Below, one piece after another: positions 1-10,701 of a DNA stretch of 64,000 bases (positions are counted from its first letter, which is position 1; the number at the start of each line of letters is the position of its first letter). A program made the position numbers and the translations under genes. Origin of the DNA: Anaerolineae bacterium (GTDB lineage: Bacteria; Chloroflexota; Anaerolineae; UBA1429); NCBI GenBank assembly GCA_040772225.1, contig JAXGYO010000002.1, forward strand, positions 1,200,448 through 1,264,447, written 5' to 3'. A model generated the notes under the pieces. The model made no database searches. It saw only the letters and a list, made by a program, of their open reading frames with translations, and had not been told where the DNA came from.

Positions 1-998
1 CCCCAGATCCCGGCCACCTCGCTACCCACGAGAACCAGGATGATTACGATGGCCGGGTGGAACCTCACGGCCTTGCCCGAGATGCGCGGCACAAGAAAGG
101 CGTTCTCCACCTGTTGGATGACCACAAAGCCGATGGAGACCCAGAGCGCCTTGATGGGCTCGTCGAGTAGCGTCACGAGTACGGCCGGGATCGCGCCGAT
201 AAAGGGACCCAGGTTCGGGATCAACTCAAAGATGCCCGCCAAAGTCCCGAGAAGCAGGGCCTGAGGCACACCAAAGGCCGCCAGCATGATGGCCGAGGCC
301 GAGCCGACCAGCAGACAGAGAAGCAGTTGCCCGCGCAGGTAGGCGCTCGCCAGGCGGTCGATGATCTTCACAACGTTGTAAACGTCCTCACGCGCAGGCT
401 CTGGGATCATCCGGGAGAACGCCCGCTTTCCCGCTGCGATGCTGGACAGCACCAGAAACGCCCATACCGGAATAATCAACATACCCACGATAAAGCTAAC
501 GGTGGCCCACATGGTCTTGGCGGTCGTCTGGATGCCCAGCTGTACAGCATCCCCGATCGCCTTGATCGTGGTGTTCACACCCTCTTCCACGCTGGATCTG
601 ATCCCCTCAGGAATACGCTCGAAAAAAGCCTCGATGTCGATGGCAAAATCAGCGGACAGGTTCGTGTACAACTCCGGTATCGTGCTGACCAGCTGCTGAG
701 TCTGTGTAATCAACTCCGGGATAAAATAGGAGAGCAAGCCCGCCAGCAAACCAAAAAAGACCATATACACAAGGATGATTGCCAGAATGCGCGCCGAATG
801 GCGGCCACGTATGGGCCGCGGCGCATGCGCCTGAAGAAAATCAACAATCGGCACCAGGATATACACCATCACGGCCCCGAGGAAGAACGGCACAAGCGCC
901 GCACCTCCCTCTCGCAATACCCACCATGCCAGGAGCCCGATCAGAGTCAACAAGATCGCCCGCAGGCGCTGTTTTGGCGTACCCATCCATGTTGGCAT
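1..998 (-). CDS. AI-2E family transporter (PerM/UPF0118-like permease). Partial: the start codon is at about 998 and the C-terminus runs off the window edge.
   Basis: Reverse-strand translation gives MPTWMGTPKQRLRAILLTLIGLLAWW...GIFELIPNLGPFIGAIPAVLVTLL...VIQQVENAFLVPRI. This shows multiple TM helices and the AI-2E-type conserved core. The gene is not in the ORF track because it has no in-window stop. Confidence 0.7.
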   Translation of the reverse strand, partial: MPTWMGTPKQRLRAILLTLIGLLAWWVLREGGAALVPFFLGAVMVYILVPIVDFLQAHAPRPIRGRHSARILAIILVYMVFFGLLAGLLSYFIPELITQTQQLVSTIPELYTNLSADFAIDIEAFFERIPEGIRSSVEEGVNTTIKAIGDAVQLGIQTTAKTMWATVSFIVGMLIIPVWAFLVLSSIAAGKRAFSRMIPEPAREDVYNVVKIIDRLASAYLRGQLLLCLLVGSASAIMLAAFGVPQALLLGTLAGIFELIPNLGPFIGAIPAVLVTLLDEPIKALWVSIGFVVIQQVENAFLVPRISGKAVRFHPAIVIILVLVGSEVAGIW

Positions 999-1008
999 GA
1001 GCCCTACC

Positions 1009-1806
1009 TCATTGCAGTTCTTGAGAGATGGCCTTCTTCAGACCTTCTCCCAGATCGATGTTTGATAGAGACGTCGCCTTACCGAGCCAGGCGAGGAATT
1101 CGATGTTGCCGGCGGGCCCCACCAGAGGCGAACGCGTCAGGCCCAAGAGCTGCCAGCCGCCCCGGACTGCGTTGATTAGAACACGCTCAAGCACCTCACG
1201 ATGCGTCTCCGGATCTCTGACGACGCCACCCTTGCCGACCCGATCCGCACCCGCTTCGAACTGGGGCTTGATCAGAGCCACGGCCTGGCCCCCATCGACA
1301 AGCCACGCCAAGGCCCGCGGCAGGATCAGGTCCAGCGAAATAAAGGACACATCCACGCTGACACGATCAATGGGCTCGGGCAGTTCCTCCAGGTAGCGCG
1401 CGTTGGTACGCTCCATCACGACAACCCGCGGGTCCTGGCGCAGACTCCACGCCAGCTGACCATACCCGGCATCGATGGCATAGACGCGACGTGCGCCGCG
1501 CTGAAGCCACAGATCGGTAAAGCCCCCCGTGGAAGCTCCGATATCGGCAACGACACAGCCCTCAGCGGCTATGCCAAAGAGATCCAGTGCCTTTTGCAGC
1601 TTGAGTCCGCCTCGACTCACATAGGGGAGTTGCTCGGCAATCTCTACGGTAGCGCCTTCACGGACAACCGCACCAGGTTTGTCAACGACGACGCCATCGA
1701 CTTGAACCTGGCCTGCCATGATCAGCCTTCGGCCGCGCTCACGGCTGGACACCAGATGACGTCGCTGAAGCAGTTGATCCAGGCGAATGTTCGTCGTGTC
1801 CCCCAT
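1009..1806 (-). CDS. tlyA: TlyA family rRNA (cytidine-2'-O)-methyltransferase (hemolysin A-like). It has an S4 domain and an FtsJ-type methyltransferase fold.
   Basis: 265 aa. An N-terminal S4-like RLDQLLQRRHLVSSRERGRRLI region is followed by the VVADIGASTGGFTDLWLQRGARRVYAIDAGYGQL SAM-binding motif. Confidence 0.85.
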   Translation of the reverse strand: MGDTTNIRLDQLLQRRHLVSSRERGRRLIMAGQVQVDGVVVDKPGAVVREGATVEIAEQLPYVSRGGLKLQKALDLFGIAAEGCVVADIGASTGGFTDLWLQRGARRVYAIDAGYGQLAWSLRQDPRVVVMERTNARYLEELPEPIDRVSVDVSFISLDLILPRALAWLVDGGQAVALIKPQFEAGADRVGKGGVVRDPETHREVLERVLINAVRGGWQLLGLTRSPLVGPAGNIEFLAWLGKATSLSNIDLGEGLKKAISQELQ

Positions 1807-1862
1807 ACTATGAGAGGCGAATCGCGGTTGGCGGTCCCGTCCAGCCGGCTTGCATAGTCCCT

Positions 1863-1891
1863 TTGACGTCAGATGCCCGCAAACCTAAGAT
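1863..1891 (+). promoter_or_regulatory. Putative sigma70-like promoter (TTGACG-N17-TAAGAT) for the UbiA-family gene. An AGGAG ribosome-binding site precedes the ATG at 1922.
   Basis: The motif was read directly in the divergent tlyA/ubiA intergenic region. Confidence 0.3.
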
Positions 1892-1921
1892 TAGCCGAAA
1901 TCCGATCAGGAGACCAACTCT

Positions 1922-2794
1922 ATGCCATATCACCTGTTTAGAGCGATGCGGCCGAGGCAGTGGACCAAGAACATCTTTGTCTTTGCGGCCCTGCTGTTCG
2001 ACGGACGTATGATGGATCTCGCCGCATGGGGTCGAAGCGTCCTGGCATTTGCCATTTTCTGTGCTCTATCCAGCGCCATCTATCTGATCAATGACCTTGT
2101 CGACATTGAGAATGACAGACAGCACCCAAAGAAACGGTTCCGCCCCCTGGCCTCCGGAGCACTTGAGCCAGCGGTGGCCAAAGCAGCCGCCGCCATTCTG
2201 ATTATACTCGGCCTCGGCGTGTCAGCTGCCTTCCTCCCCAACGTGCTCCTCGTATCCTGCCTGTACCTGGTGCTCATGGTGCTGTACACCTTCTATCTCA
2301 AGCATCACGTGATTCTTGATGTGATGTCTGTAGCGGCCGGATTTGTCCTGCGCGTGGCCGCAGGAACAATGGCGGTGGTGGTGTCGCGGTTCTCACCCTG
2401 GCTCTATGTGTGCACGACCTTGCTCGCGCTGTTTATCGCACTCAGCAAGAGGCGCCACGAGCTAGTATTGCTCGATGAAAACGCGAGCCAACATCGAGCG
2501 ATCCTGCAGGAATACAATCTGCCCTTCCTGGATGAAATGACCTCCCTGGTCACGGCAACCACGCTGGCAGCCTACTCATTCTACACTTTCTCAGCCCCCA
2601 ACCTGCCATCGAATCACACGATGATGCTCACGATTCCTTTTGTTCTGTACGGCATATTCCGGTATTTGTATCTCATCCATGTCCGTATGCTCGGCGGCAG
2701 CCCGGAAGATATTGTCCTCAGTGATCGCCCCTTGTTGATCGATATCGTGCTCTGGGCCATCACCGCAGCCGTGGTGCTGTATTGGCCCTGGTGA
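1922..2794 (+). CDS. UbiA prenyltransferase family membrane protein, of the decaprenyl-phosphate phosphoribosyltransferase type.
   Basis: 290 aa, polytopic, with the NDLVDIENDRQH (NDxxDxxxD) prenyltransferase motif and an RPRQWTKN start. These are typical of Rv3806c/UbiA-like enzymes. Confidence 0.75.
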   Translation: MPYHLFRAMRPRQWTKNIFVFAALLFDGRMMDLAAWGRSVLAFAIFCALSSAIYLINDLVDIENDRQHPKKRFRPLASGALEPAVAKAAAAILIILGLGVSAAFLPNVLLVSCLYLVLMVLYTFYLKHHVILDVMSVAAGFVLRVAAGTMAVVVSRFSPWLYVCTTLLALFIALSKRRHELVLLDENASQHRAILQEYNLPFLDEMTSLVTATTLAAYSFYTFSAPNLPSNHTMMLTIPFVLYGIFRYLYLIHVRMLGGSPEDIVLSDRPLLIDIVLWAITAAVVLYWPW

Positions 2795-2876
2795 CACCCG
2801 CCACGGACCGTCTAGCACATTGTCCGAACATGGCCCGCCCGGCGAACGCCCGACGTCGGCAGAATGCACAAAACGG

Positions 2877-2905
2877 CAGGCCTGACCCGATCAGGGTCAG
2901 CCCGC
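2877..2905. terminator. Inverted repeat (GGCCTGACCC-gatca-GGGTCAGCC) between the convergent ubiA-like and rpsI genes. Possibly a bidirectional terminator.
   Basis: A 7-9 bp GC-rich stem with a 5-nt loop. The flanking U-tracts are weak. Confidence 0.25.
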
Positions 2906-2937
2906 CGTCTGAATTACCAGGCAACAAACGCGGCGCG

Positions 2938-3330
2938 CTATCGCTTGGTGTACTGCGGCGCCTTACGGGCGCGCTTGAGACCAGGCTTTTTCCGCTCCTT
3001 GGCACGCGGATCGCGGGTGAGGAAACCTCCCTGCCGAAGGGCTCCCCTCAACTCAGGATCGAACACGAGCAAGGCCCGTGCCACGCCCAGTCGAACAGCC
3101 CCCGCCTGCCCCGTAACACCGCCACCGGCTACCACTACAGACACCCGGAACTTGTCCAGTGTCTCAGTGGCCGCCAGCGGTTCCGCGGCATCGTGCAGGT
3201 CAGTCGGCCGGGAAAAGAACTCTTCCGCCGGCTTTCCGTTCACCACAAAACCCGTCTCGCCAGGGTACAGCCGCACCCGCGCTGATGCGGTCTTGCGTCG
3301 GCCTGTCCCATAAAAATACTGCAACGCCAC
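2938..3330 (-). CDS. rpsI: 30S ribosomal protein S9
   Basis: 130 aa, YYGTGRRKTASARV...GGGVTGQAGA...C-terminal KR. Confidence 0.95.
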   Translation of the reverse strand: MALQYFYGTGRRKTASARVRLYPGETGFVVNGKPAEEFFSRPTDLHDAAEPLAATETLDKFRVSVVVAGGGVTGQAGAVRLGVARALLVFDPELRGALRQGGFLTRDPRAKERKKPGLKRARKAPQYTKR

Positions 3331-3355
3331 TTGTCGTCCTCCTTGCTCGCTCTGG

Positions 3356-3844
3356 TCAGAGATCCAAAGTCTGCGGCTTTTGGGCCTGATGCGGATGCTC
3401 AGGACCGACGTAGACCTTTAGCTTCTTGTACATCGCACGGCCCAGCTTGTTCTTGGGCAACATTCCCCGTACCGCGTGTTCGATAACCCGCTCGGGATGA
3501 CTCTTGAGCATGTCCCCAAGAGAAACAGCCGTGAGGCCCCCGGGATAGAGCGAGTGGCGATAATAGTACTTGTCAGCCATCTTGCGGCCTGTAACCTGCA
3601 CCTTTTCCGCATTCACCACGACCACGAAATCGCCCAGATCCATGCTTGGGGTGTAGATGGCCTTGTGCTTGCCTCGCAAGATCGTCGCAATACGCGTGGC
3701 CAGACGCCCGAGGTTCTGCCCCTCAGCGTCGACAACGTACCACGCGCGCTCAATATCTCCACCCTTGACTACGTACGTATTCACTCGCCCTACTCCTTCT
3801 ACCCTCGCGGTTAACATCTTGTCATCGCGCATCCGCGAGTTCAT
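3356..3844 (-). CDS. rplM: 50S ribosomal protein L13. The start may be internal, and the ATG overlaps the truA stop as ATGA.
   Basis: [28 protein letters not shown]... is the L13 signature. There is about 20 aa of N-terminal extension relative to typical L13. Confidence 0.9.
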   Translation of the reverse strand: MNSRMRDDKMLTARVEGVGRVNTYVVKGGDIERAWYVVDAEGQNLGRLATRIATILRGKHKAIYTPSMDLGDFVVVVNAEKVQVTGRKMADKYYYRHSLYPGGLTAVSLGDMLKSHPERVIEHAVRGMLPKNKLGRAMYKKLKVYVGPEHPHQAQKPQTLDL

Positions 3845-4650
3845 CTGCTAGTTTCAGCATCTCTGCGGTCACCCGGATACCAGGCCCGCCAGAAAAACAA
3901 CCCTCGTGCCGGCGCAGGCGCAGCGGCCCTTGCCGGATCCGCCGAAAGAAGAATCTCTTCGACGATCTCAGGCTCTAGAACCCCCAGCCCTACCTGCACC
4001 AATGTGCCCACGATTCTCCGCACCATGCCCCGGAGAAACCCGTTAGCCTCGATATAAAAGTCCCAGCCAGGAACATCCGCGTACGCTACCGGCGCCACCG
4101 ACCACTCGGCATGCACTATCCGCCGTACTGTTGAGCGCCCATCCGCGGCCTGGCCAAAAGCACGAAAGTCCGCCTCACGCACCAGCATCCTGGTTGCCCT
4201 TGTCAGGCGCTCCCCCTGTAGCTCCTTGTTCACCTGCCACGCATACCGATCGATGTATGGCACTCGAACCGGCGCCCGATAGATCCTGTAAAGGTACTCA
4301 CGACTACTGGCGCTAAAGCGTGCGTGAAAAGTCTCTGCAACCCGTTCGACCTGACGCACCGCTATGTCATCTGGCAGGACCGCATTCAGAGCCCGTTCCA
4401 GTTCAGCCTCCGAGTGTCGCCACTCGGACCGAAAACTGACTACCTGCGCTGCCGCATGCACTCCGGCATCCGTACGCCCCGCAGCAGTGACACGCACCGC
4501 ACGTTGCGTGATCCGGCTCAACGCCTCCTCCAACGCTCCCTGGACAGTACGTCCGTCGCGCTGGATCTGAAAACCTGCATAGTCCGTGCCGTCGTAGGCC
4601 ATCGACATCCGGTAGTTTCGCGCTGCCGACATGTCAGTGAGCCCGTCCAT
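3841..4650 (-). CDS. truA: tRNA pseudouridine(38-40) synthase TruA
   Basis: 269 aa with the [10 protein letters not shown] catalytic Asp motif. Confidence 0.9.
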   Translation of the reverse strand: MDGLTDMSAARNYRMSMAYDGTDYAGFQIQRDGRTVQGALEEALSRITQRAVRVTAAGRTDAGVHAAAQVVSFRSEWRHSEAELERALNAVLPDDIAVRQVERVAETFHARFSASSREYLYRIYRAPVRVPYIDRYAWQVNKELQGERLTRATRMLVREADFRAFGQAADGRSTVRRIVHAEWSVAPVAYADVPGWDFYIEANGFLRGMVRRIVGTLVQVGLGVLEPEIVEEILLSADPARAAAPAPARGLFFWRAWYPGDRRDAETSR

Positions 4651-4655
4651 CTGCC

Positions 4656-5033
4656 TCAGCTAAACTGAAGCAGAGCCATCTCCGCGTTGTCACCCTTACG
4701 CGGCTCCAGATCCAAAACACGGGTGTATCCACCAGCGCGGTCCGCATAGCGCGGCGCGATCTCATCGAACAGCTTGGTTACCAGTCGCCGATCCCCCAGC
4801 ACGACAGCCGCCTGCCTGCGCTCATGCACATCAGATGCCTCAGCCGCGCGCTTGGTCATGCCGGTCTTGGCCAGAGTAATCAACTTGTCGGCGTCGCCGC
4901 GTACCGCCAACGCCTTGGCCTTGGTCGTACGAATCTGCTCATGCTCGACCAAAGCACGAACCAGATTGCGCCGTAGCGCAAGTCCGTGCGATCCGGAACG
5001 GCTCAGCGGGCGGCCGGCTACACGATGTCTCAT
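4656..5033 (-). CDS. rplQ: 50S ribosomal protein L17
   Basis: MRHRVAGRPLSR...HEQIRTTKAKA. Confidence 0.95.
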   Translation of the reverse strand: MRHRVAGRPLSRSGSHGLALRRNLVRALVEHEQIRTTKAKALAVRGDADKLITLAKTGMTKRAAEASDVHERRQAAVVLGDRRLVTKLFDEIAPRYADRAGGYTRVLDLEPRKGDNAEMALLQFS

Positions 5034-5096
5034 AACGTCATTCCCCTTAATAATGTGAAACCCGTGCCCCCCTCCATAAAGGAGAGGCGCCGGCGC

Positions 5097-6047
5097 TTAT
5101 TCCAGCTCATAGCCCTCTGGCAGGTACTGGTTCTCCTTCAAGCGAGCCACCAGTTCCACAAGGGACTTTTCACCAAAGTTACGGATCGCCAGCATTTCCT
5201 CTGCGCCCTTGGAAAGTCGCTCAAGGACATCGCCCACGCTATTGATGCTGGCTCGTTTCAGGCAGTTGTAGGCCCGCACCGCCAGATCGAGATCTTCGAT
5301 GGGCACCTCATAGTACTCACCCGGCACTGCCGAGCTATCCGTCTGCACCTCGAATATCTCCGTCTCAACCTCGGAAAAGCCCGCAATCGGCTCTACGTGC
5401 TGGACGAGAATACGGGCGGCCTTGGTCAGAGCATCGGCGGGCCGGATAGTGCCATCGGTCCAGATCTCCAGGCTCAGCAGATCATAGTTCGTAATCTGCT
5501 CAATGCGCGCCATCTCCACTCGGTATGCCACCTTCACCACCGGCGAAAAGATCGCGTCAACCGGGATCTGACCGATTGGGAGTTCGCCGTGGTTCTCAGC
5601 GGGCACATAGCCTTTACCCTGCTCAACCACAAACTCCAGCTCGAGATTCGAGTCAAGCGTATCCAGGGTGAGAAGCTGCAACTCCGGGTTGATGACATCA
5701 ACGTCGGCGGGGGCCTCGATATCACCGGCCGTGATCACGCTCTTGCCCCGCGCCGATACGCGCATACGCACCGGTTCCTCAGAGTGAGATACAAGACGCA
5801 CCTGCTTTAAATTCAGCAGCAGCATCGTCATATCTTCTTTGGCCCCATCGATGGGCATGAACTCGTGCGGCACGTCCGAAACGCGAACCGAAGTGATCGC
5901 AGCCCCGGATAGCGAAGAGAGTAGTACACGGCGCAGCGCAACACCCACGGTCGTCCCAAAGCCTCGTGACATCGGCCCGATCGCAAACCGCCCATAGTTC
6001 TGGGTGCTGGCCTGCACTTCTATCTTTGGTAGTACTTGATATAGCAA
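5097..6047 (-). CDS. rpoA: DNA-directed RNA polymerase alpha subunit
   Basis: 316 aa with the RpoA N-terminal domain (GFGTTVG..LRRVLLSS) and the alpha-CTD. Confidence 0.95.
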   Translation of the reverse strand: MLYQVLPKIEVQASTQNYGRFAIGPMSRGFGTTVGVALRRVLLSSLSGAAITSVRVSDVPHEFMPIDGAKEDMTMLLLNLKQVRLVSHSEEPVRMRVSARGKSVITAGDIEAPADVDVINPELQLLTLDTLDSNLELEFVVEQGKGYVPAENHGELPIGQIPVDAIFSPVVKVAYRVEMARIEQITNYDLLSLEIWTDGTIRPADALTKAARILVQHVEPIAGFSEVETEIFEVQTDSSAVPGEYYEVPIEDLDLAVRAYNCLKRASINSVGDVLERLSKGAEEMLAIRNFGEKSLVELVARLKENQYLPEGYELE

Positions 6048-6142
6048 AGGAAACCCTCCTTACCCTCTGGCGCCCGTCCTGATTCAGATGAACAGCACGG
6101 GCGCCGCTCGTTGTACGTATTTCTCCTGGAAAGAGGCTCCCT

Positions 6143-6778
6143 CTACCGCGAGTAGTACTCGACGACGAGCTGCTCGTTGACGGGAATATCAATCGACTCA
6201 CGCGTCGGCAATGCATTTACAACAGCCGACATCTCCTCAACGTTCAATGAGAGCCACGCCGGCACGTTCTGGTGCTCCAGGATCTCTCGCAGCTCACTGA
6301 AGTAAGCGTTGCCTCTACTGCCCTCCCTGACGGCGACTATGTCGCCAACGGAGACAAGCGCCGACGATGCATCCGTCCTGCGGCCGTTGAGGTCAATATG
6401 CCCGTGCGACACCAGCTGGCGCGCCTGCGCACGAGACTCGGCCAGACCCAGACGGTAGACCACATTGTCGAGGCGCCTTTCCAGGATGGTCACCAGGTTC
6501 GCGCCCGTCTGTCCGCGCATACGCTCGGCCAGCTCATAATAGCGGCGGAACTGCTGCTCCAGCACCCCATAGATACGGCGCAGCCGCTGCTTCTCGCGGA
6601 GCTGCTGCCCATAGTCAGAAACCTGGCGCCTGAACTGCGCCTGACGCCCATGATCGCCTGGCGCATAGGCGCGCTTCTCCATCGCACACTTGGGCGACAG
6701 ACAACGCGAGCCCTTTAAGAAGAGCTTCATGCCCTCGCGGCGACACTGCTTACATACCGAATCACGATACCTGGCCAT
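6143..6778 (-). CDS. rpsD: 30S ribosomal protein S4
   Basis: [16 protein letters not shown]... with a zinc-finger N-terminus and an S4 domain. Confidence 0.95.
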   Translation of the reverse strand: MARYRDSVCKQCRREGMKLFLKGSRCLSPKCAMEKRAYAPGDHGRQAQFRRQVSDYGQQLREKQRLRRIYGVLEQQFRRYYELAERMRGQTGANLVTILERRLDNVVYRLGLAESRAQARQLVSHGHIDLNGRRTDASSALVSVGDIVAVREGSRGNAYFSELREILEHQNVPAWLSLNVEEMSAVVNALPTRESIDIPVNEQLVVEYYSR

Positions 6779-6914
6779 CCATCCTCCTAATTTCTAACGG
6801 GCGCCCTGCCCTGCACCTGATCGACGCAGCGACTGCCCCGGTAGCGGGTTTACGCCGGACGAGGTGTCCTCCCCGCAAACTACCACCGATCGACGAGATC
6901 TACTGAAACGACTT

Positions 6915-7307
6915 CTAGATGCGGCGCTTCTTTGGCGGCCGGCAACCATTGTGCGGGATCGGGGTCACATCTGTGATCGAGCGCACATAGAGGCCAGAGG
7001 CCTGCAACTGCCTCAGCACAGCCTCACGGCCCGGGCCGGGACCCTTGACGAACACATCGACATCCCGCATGCCCATATCCATAGCCGAGCGACTCACCAC
7101 GCTTGCCGCGCTCTGCGCTGCAAAGGGCGTGCTCTTGCGCGAACCGGTGAACTCCTGGCCCGCATTGCGCCACGCCAACACACCACCCTCAGGATCCGTC
7201 ACCGTGATAATGGTGTTGTTAAAGGTGGCCTGCACATAGACGCGACCACGGGGAACGTTCCTGCGCTCACGACGCGGCACTCGCCTGGTTGTTCTTCTTC
7301 GCCCCAT
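6915..7307 (-). CDS. rpsK: 30S ribosomal protein S11
   Basis: [16 protein letters not shown]... Confidence 0.95.
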   Translation of the reverse strand: MGRRRTTRRVPRRERRNVPRGRVYVQATFNNTIITVTDPEGGVLAWRNAGQEFTGSRKSTPFAAQSAASVVSRSAMDMGMRDVDVFVKGPGPGREAVLRQLQASGLYVRSITDVTPIPHNGCRPPKKRRI

Positions 7308-7334
7308 TAATGGTATACCCCCTGAACCCTGCGA

Positions 7335-7718
7335 TTACTTCTTTTCAGCCGCACGCTTGCGACCAGCCACAGTCCTCTTGCTCCCCCGCCGCGAGCGTGC
7401 ATTCGTCTTAGTGCGCTGCCCACGAACGGGAAGATTGCGCCGGTGCCGCAGCCCCCGATAGCTGCCGATGTCCACCAGACGCTTGATGTTCATAGCGACC
7501 TCGCGGCGAAGGTCCCCCTCGACCATATAGTCCTGGCCGATAACTTCGCGCAATCGAGCGACTTCGGCCTCGGTCAGGTCGCGCCCGCGAGTATCTGGAT
7601 CGATGTTGGTCTTGCCCAAGATCTCCTGGCTGCGGGATAGCCCGATACCATAGATATACGTCAGCCCAACCTCAACGCGCTTTTCATTCGGGATGTCGAT
7701 TCCTGCTATACGCGGCAT
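7335..7718 (-). CDS. rpsM: 30S ribosomal protein S13
   Basis: [26 protein letters not shown]. Confidence 0.95.
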   Translation of the reverse strand: MPRIAGIDIPNEKRVEVGLTYIYGIGLSRSQEILGKTNIDPDTRGRDLTEAEVARLREVIGQDYMVEGDLRREVAMNIKRLVDIGSYRGLRHRRNLPVRGQRTKTNARSRRGSKRTVAGRKRAAEKK

Positions 7719-7779
7719 TCAAGCCCCTCCCTGCTATAGGTCCGCCCAGAGCACACTTTGGCCTGTGGCGCTGTTTCTA

Positions 7780-7893
7780 CTAGCCCTGACGCTGCTTGTG
7801 GCGCGGGTTCTCACAAATAACGCGCACAACGCCATGACGCCGGATAATCTTGCACTTTTCGCAACGCTTTTTCACTGAAGGCTTGACCTTCAT
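7780..7893 (-). CDS. rpmJ: 50S ribosomal protein L36 (C4 zinc-ribbon type). It falls below the ORF-track length cutoff and was found by manual translation.
   Basis: The reverse-strand translation is [37 protein letters not shown]. Its ATG overlaps the map stop as ATGA. Confidence 0.85.
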   Translation of the reverse strand: MKVKPSVKKRCEKCKIIRRHGVVRVICENPRHKQRQG

Positions 7894-8663
7894 GCCGGTA
7901 CCTCCCCGCCCTTGTCGTCACGCAGAGTCAATATCTCTGCGCCGTCGTCTGTTACTGCGATCGTGTGTTCAAAGTGTGCCGATAGAGAGCCATCCGCCGT
8001 TACCACCGTCCAACCATCCTGAAGGACCCGGGTATCATACCCCCCCAAGGTCAACATCGGCTCCAGACAGATCGTCATACCCTGCCTCAACCGCAACCCG
8101 CCACCGGGAGGCCCCCAGTTCCGGATGCTCGGAGGCTCGTGCATCTCGCGGCCGATTCCGTGCCCACCGTACTCGCGAATCACTTCGCAACCCGCTTCGC
8201 GAGCCGAACGCTCGATGGCGTGAGACACGTCGCCCAGCCGTACGCCATCTCGGACCGCGGCTATCCCGGCCTCTAGAGCAGCTTTGGTCGCCGCCATCAG
8301 GGCAGCCGCCGGCTCGGATATCTCACCCACTGCCAGCGTTACCGCGGCATCGCCGTGATAGCCCTGCCAAATGGCGCCCACATCGATGCTGACGATATCA
8401 CCTTCAACCAGAACCCGGTCTCTGGGAATACCGTGGACGATCTCCTCGTTTACAGACGCACAAATACTGGCAGGATAGCCGTGGTAGCCTTTAAACGACG
8501 GAATCCCACCAGCCTCGCGGATAAGCGACTCCGCTACAGCATCGAGCTCTTGTGTTGTCACGCCCTGTAACGCTATCTCAGAGATCCGCGCCAAGACACG
8601 GCCCACAATGTGACCCGCAACACGCATCTTCTCTAGTTCTTCCGGCGAACGGCGTGACACCAT
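7890..8663 (-). CDS. map: Type I methionine aminopeptidase
   Basis: 257 aa with a pita-bread fold and the metal ligands D..D..H..E..E (GYHG..., HGIG). Confidence 0.9.
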   Translation of the reverse strand: MVSRRSPEELEKMRVAGHIVGRVLARISEIALQGVTTQELDAVAESLIREAGGIPSFKGYHGYPASICASVNEEIVHGIPRDRVLVEGDIVSIDVGAIWQGYHGDAAVTLAVGEISEPAAALMAATKAALEAGIAAVRDGVRLGDVSHAIERSAREAGCEVIREYGGHGIGREMHEPPSIRNWGPPGGGLRLRQGMTICLEPMLTLGGYDTRVLQDGWTVVTADGSLSAHFEHTIAVTDDGAEILTLRDDKGGEVPA

Positions 8664-8692
8664 ATTCTACAGCCTTTGTCCGATCCTGTCCA

Positions 8693-9349
8693 TTATGACA
8701 GAACAGCCTCTATCGCCTGCCTGATCTGCACTGCTACATCCTCAGGACTCTGTTCTCCGTCAATGTCCACCAGCACATTCCGGCTGCGATAGTACTCGTC
8801 CAAAGGCACCGTTTGCTCCTGATACACCTTTATGCGTCGCTGTTGCGTCGCCAGGTTATCATCCTCGCGCTGGTACAGCGTCCCGCCGCACTCGTCACAG
8901 ACGCCTTGCACCTTCTCAGGACTAAACAATCTGTGGTAGATGGCGCCGCACCGGGAGCAGGTCCAGCGACCCGCCAACCGCTGCAACAAGACATCCTCAG
9001 AGACCGCGATATTCAGTACCACATCAACCCGGCGGCCCATGTCTTTCAGCAGCTGATCCAGTGCCACGGCCTGAGCCACAGTCCGTGGAAAACCGTCAAA
9101 GACAACGCCCTCTGCACAATCAGGCTGCGATATGCGCGAGGCCACCATGCCAATCGTGATCTCATCGGGTACGAGCTCGCCACGATCCATATACACTTTG
9201 GCCTGGCGACCGAGCTCTGTCTCCCGTGAGAGATTATCGCGGAACAGGTCCCCGCTGGATATCCGAGGAATGTGGAGCCATGACTCCATCAGCTCGCCCT
9301 GCGTTCCCTTGCCAGCCCCAGGACCCCCCAGAAGAATGACATCAACCAT
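8693..9349 (-). CDS. adk: Adenylate kinase with a zinc-binding LID domain
   Basis: GGPGAGKGTQ P-loop; LID with CSRCG...CDECGG. Confidence 0.95.
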   Translation of the reverse strand: MVDVILLGGPGAGKGTQGELMESWLHIPRISSGDLFRDNLSRETELGRQAKVYMDRGELVPDEITIGMVASRISQPDCAEGVVFDGFPRTVAQAVALDQLLKDMGRRVDVVLNIAVSEDVLLQRLAGRWTCSRCGAIYHRLFSPEKVQGVCDECGGTLYQREDDNLATQQRRIKVYQEQTVPLDEYYRSRNVLVDIDGEQSPEDVAVQIRQAIEAVLS

Positions 9350-9354
9350 GTCGT

Positions 9355-10659
9355 TTACCTCATCCTCCGGATAAAGCCCTCATAGTGGCGCATCATCAGC
9401 TGCGCCTCGAGCTGCTTCATCGTGTCAAGAACCACGCCTACCACAATCAGAAGCCCCGTGCTGGTAATCAGCATCTCGCTGGTCCCGGTAAAGAGCTGCA
9501 CGATAAAGGGGAGAATGGCAATCACCCCCAGGAACAGTGCCCCTACCAGTGTGATCCGGCGAACCACGCCCTGCAGGTATTCCGCTGTCCGTGCACCGGG
9601 CCGGATGCCGGGCACGAAACCGCCCTGCCGGCGCAGTGTCTCGGGAAGATCCTGCTGCTGAAAGATGACATCGGTGTAAAAATAGGTAAACGCCACCACC
9701 AGAACAAAGTACAAAACCCAGTAGAAGGCGCCTGTGGTACTGAAAAGTCGGGAGATCCCCGTAGCCACGCTTGCCACCCACTCGGTACCCGAGTTCACAA
9801 AATAGCTGGAAACGATACCAGGCAGCATCATGATCGACACGGCAAAAATCAGAGGTATCATGCCAGCCGAGTTTACCTGCAGCGGCACATGCGTACTCTG
9901 GCCCCCGTAGATACGGTTACCGCGCACGCGCTTGGCATAGTGCACCGGGATACGACGCTGACCCTCATGGACCATCACGATACCGATCACGGTGACTGCC
10001 GTGATGATCAAAAACACCAGTATCGACCACGGGTTCGTCACAGCCATCTGAGCCAAACGCTGCGGTATGCCTGAGATAATGCCACCAAAGATGATCAGCG
10101 AGATACCGTTGCCGATGCCCTCATCGTCGATGAGTTTACCCAGCCAGATCGCCAGCATCGTTCCCGCCGTTAGTGTCAAGAGCGTAGCAATGGTCGGCAA
10201 CCAGGTGCCGGCCCTCAGGCCAAAGTCCGTGATCGCCGGCCCGGCTCCAGTCGCAGACTGCGCCAGCAACGAGGTCTGCCCCAACCCATGCAACAAAGCC
10301 AAAGGTATCGTCAGAAACATCGTGTACTGGTTGATCTTGTCGCGTCCTGCTTCGCCTTCGCGGCTCAACCGCTCAAGGAAAGGGATGATCGGCGTCAGCA
10401 GCTGCAACACGATTTGAGCCGTAATATAGGGATACACGCCCAGAGCCATGACCGAAAAGTTCGACATGGCTCCGCCGGAGAACATGTCCAGTAGACCCAG
10501 CAGCTGGTTCGACTGGAACATAGCCCTCAAAGCCTCCAGGTTTACACCTGGAATCGGCACGTGTGCAGCAAACCGGTAAATCACGAGGATGATCACCGTA
10601 AAGATGAGCTTTTTCCTCAGATCCGGCACCTTGAACGCATTGGATACTGCTTGCAGCAT
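9355..10659 (-). CDS. secY: Preprotein translocase subunit SecY
   Basis: 434 aa with 10 TM helices, in the conserved position after rplO. Confidence 0.95.
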   Translation of the reverse strand: MLQAVSNAFKVPDLRKKLIFTVIILVIYRFAAHVPIPGVNLEALRAMFQSNQLLGLLDMFSGGAMSNFSVMALGVYPYITAQIVLQLLTPIIPFLERLSREGEAGRDKINQYTMFLTIPLALLHGLGQTSLLAQSATGAGPAITDFGLRAGTWLPTIATLLTLTAGTMLAIWLGKLIDDEGIGNGISLIIFGGIISGIPQRLAQMAVTNPWSILVFLIITAVTVIGIVMVHEGQRRIPVHYAKRVRGNRIYGGQSTHVPLQVNSAGMIPLIFAVSIMMLPGIVSSYFVNSGTEWVASVATGISRLFSTTGAFYWVLYFVLVVAFTYFYTDVIFQQQDLPETLRRQGGFVPGIRPGARTAEYLQGVVRRITLVGALFLGVIAILPFIVQLFTGTSEMLITSTGLLIVVGVVLDTMKQLEAQLMMRHYEGFIRRMR

Positions 10660-10701
10660 GGGTATCTCCCAACGGTGCTTGGCACAACCTGCGGAGGCGT
10701 G

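Noticed and set aside
327-1175. A 282-aa plus-strand ORF at the window start
   Set aside because: It is antisense to the AI-2E transporter and tlyA genes, with an Arg/Gln-rich low-complexity product. The reverse strand encodes recognisable proteins.
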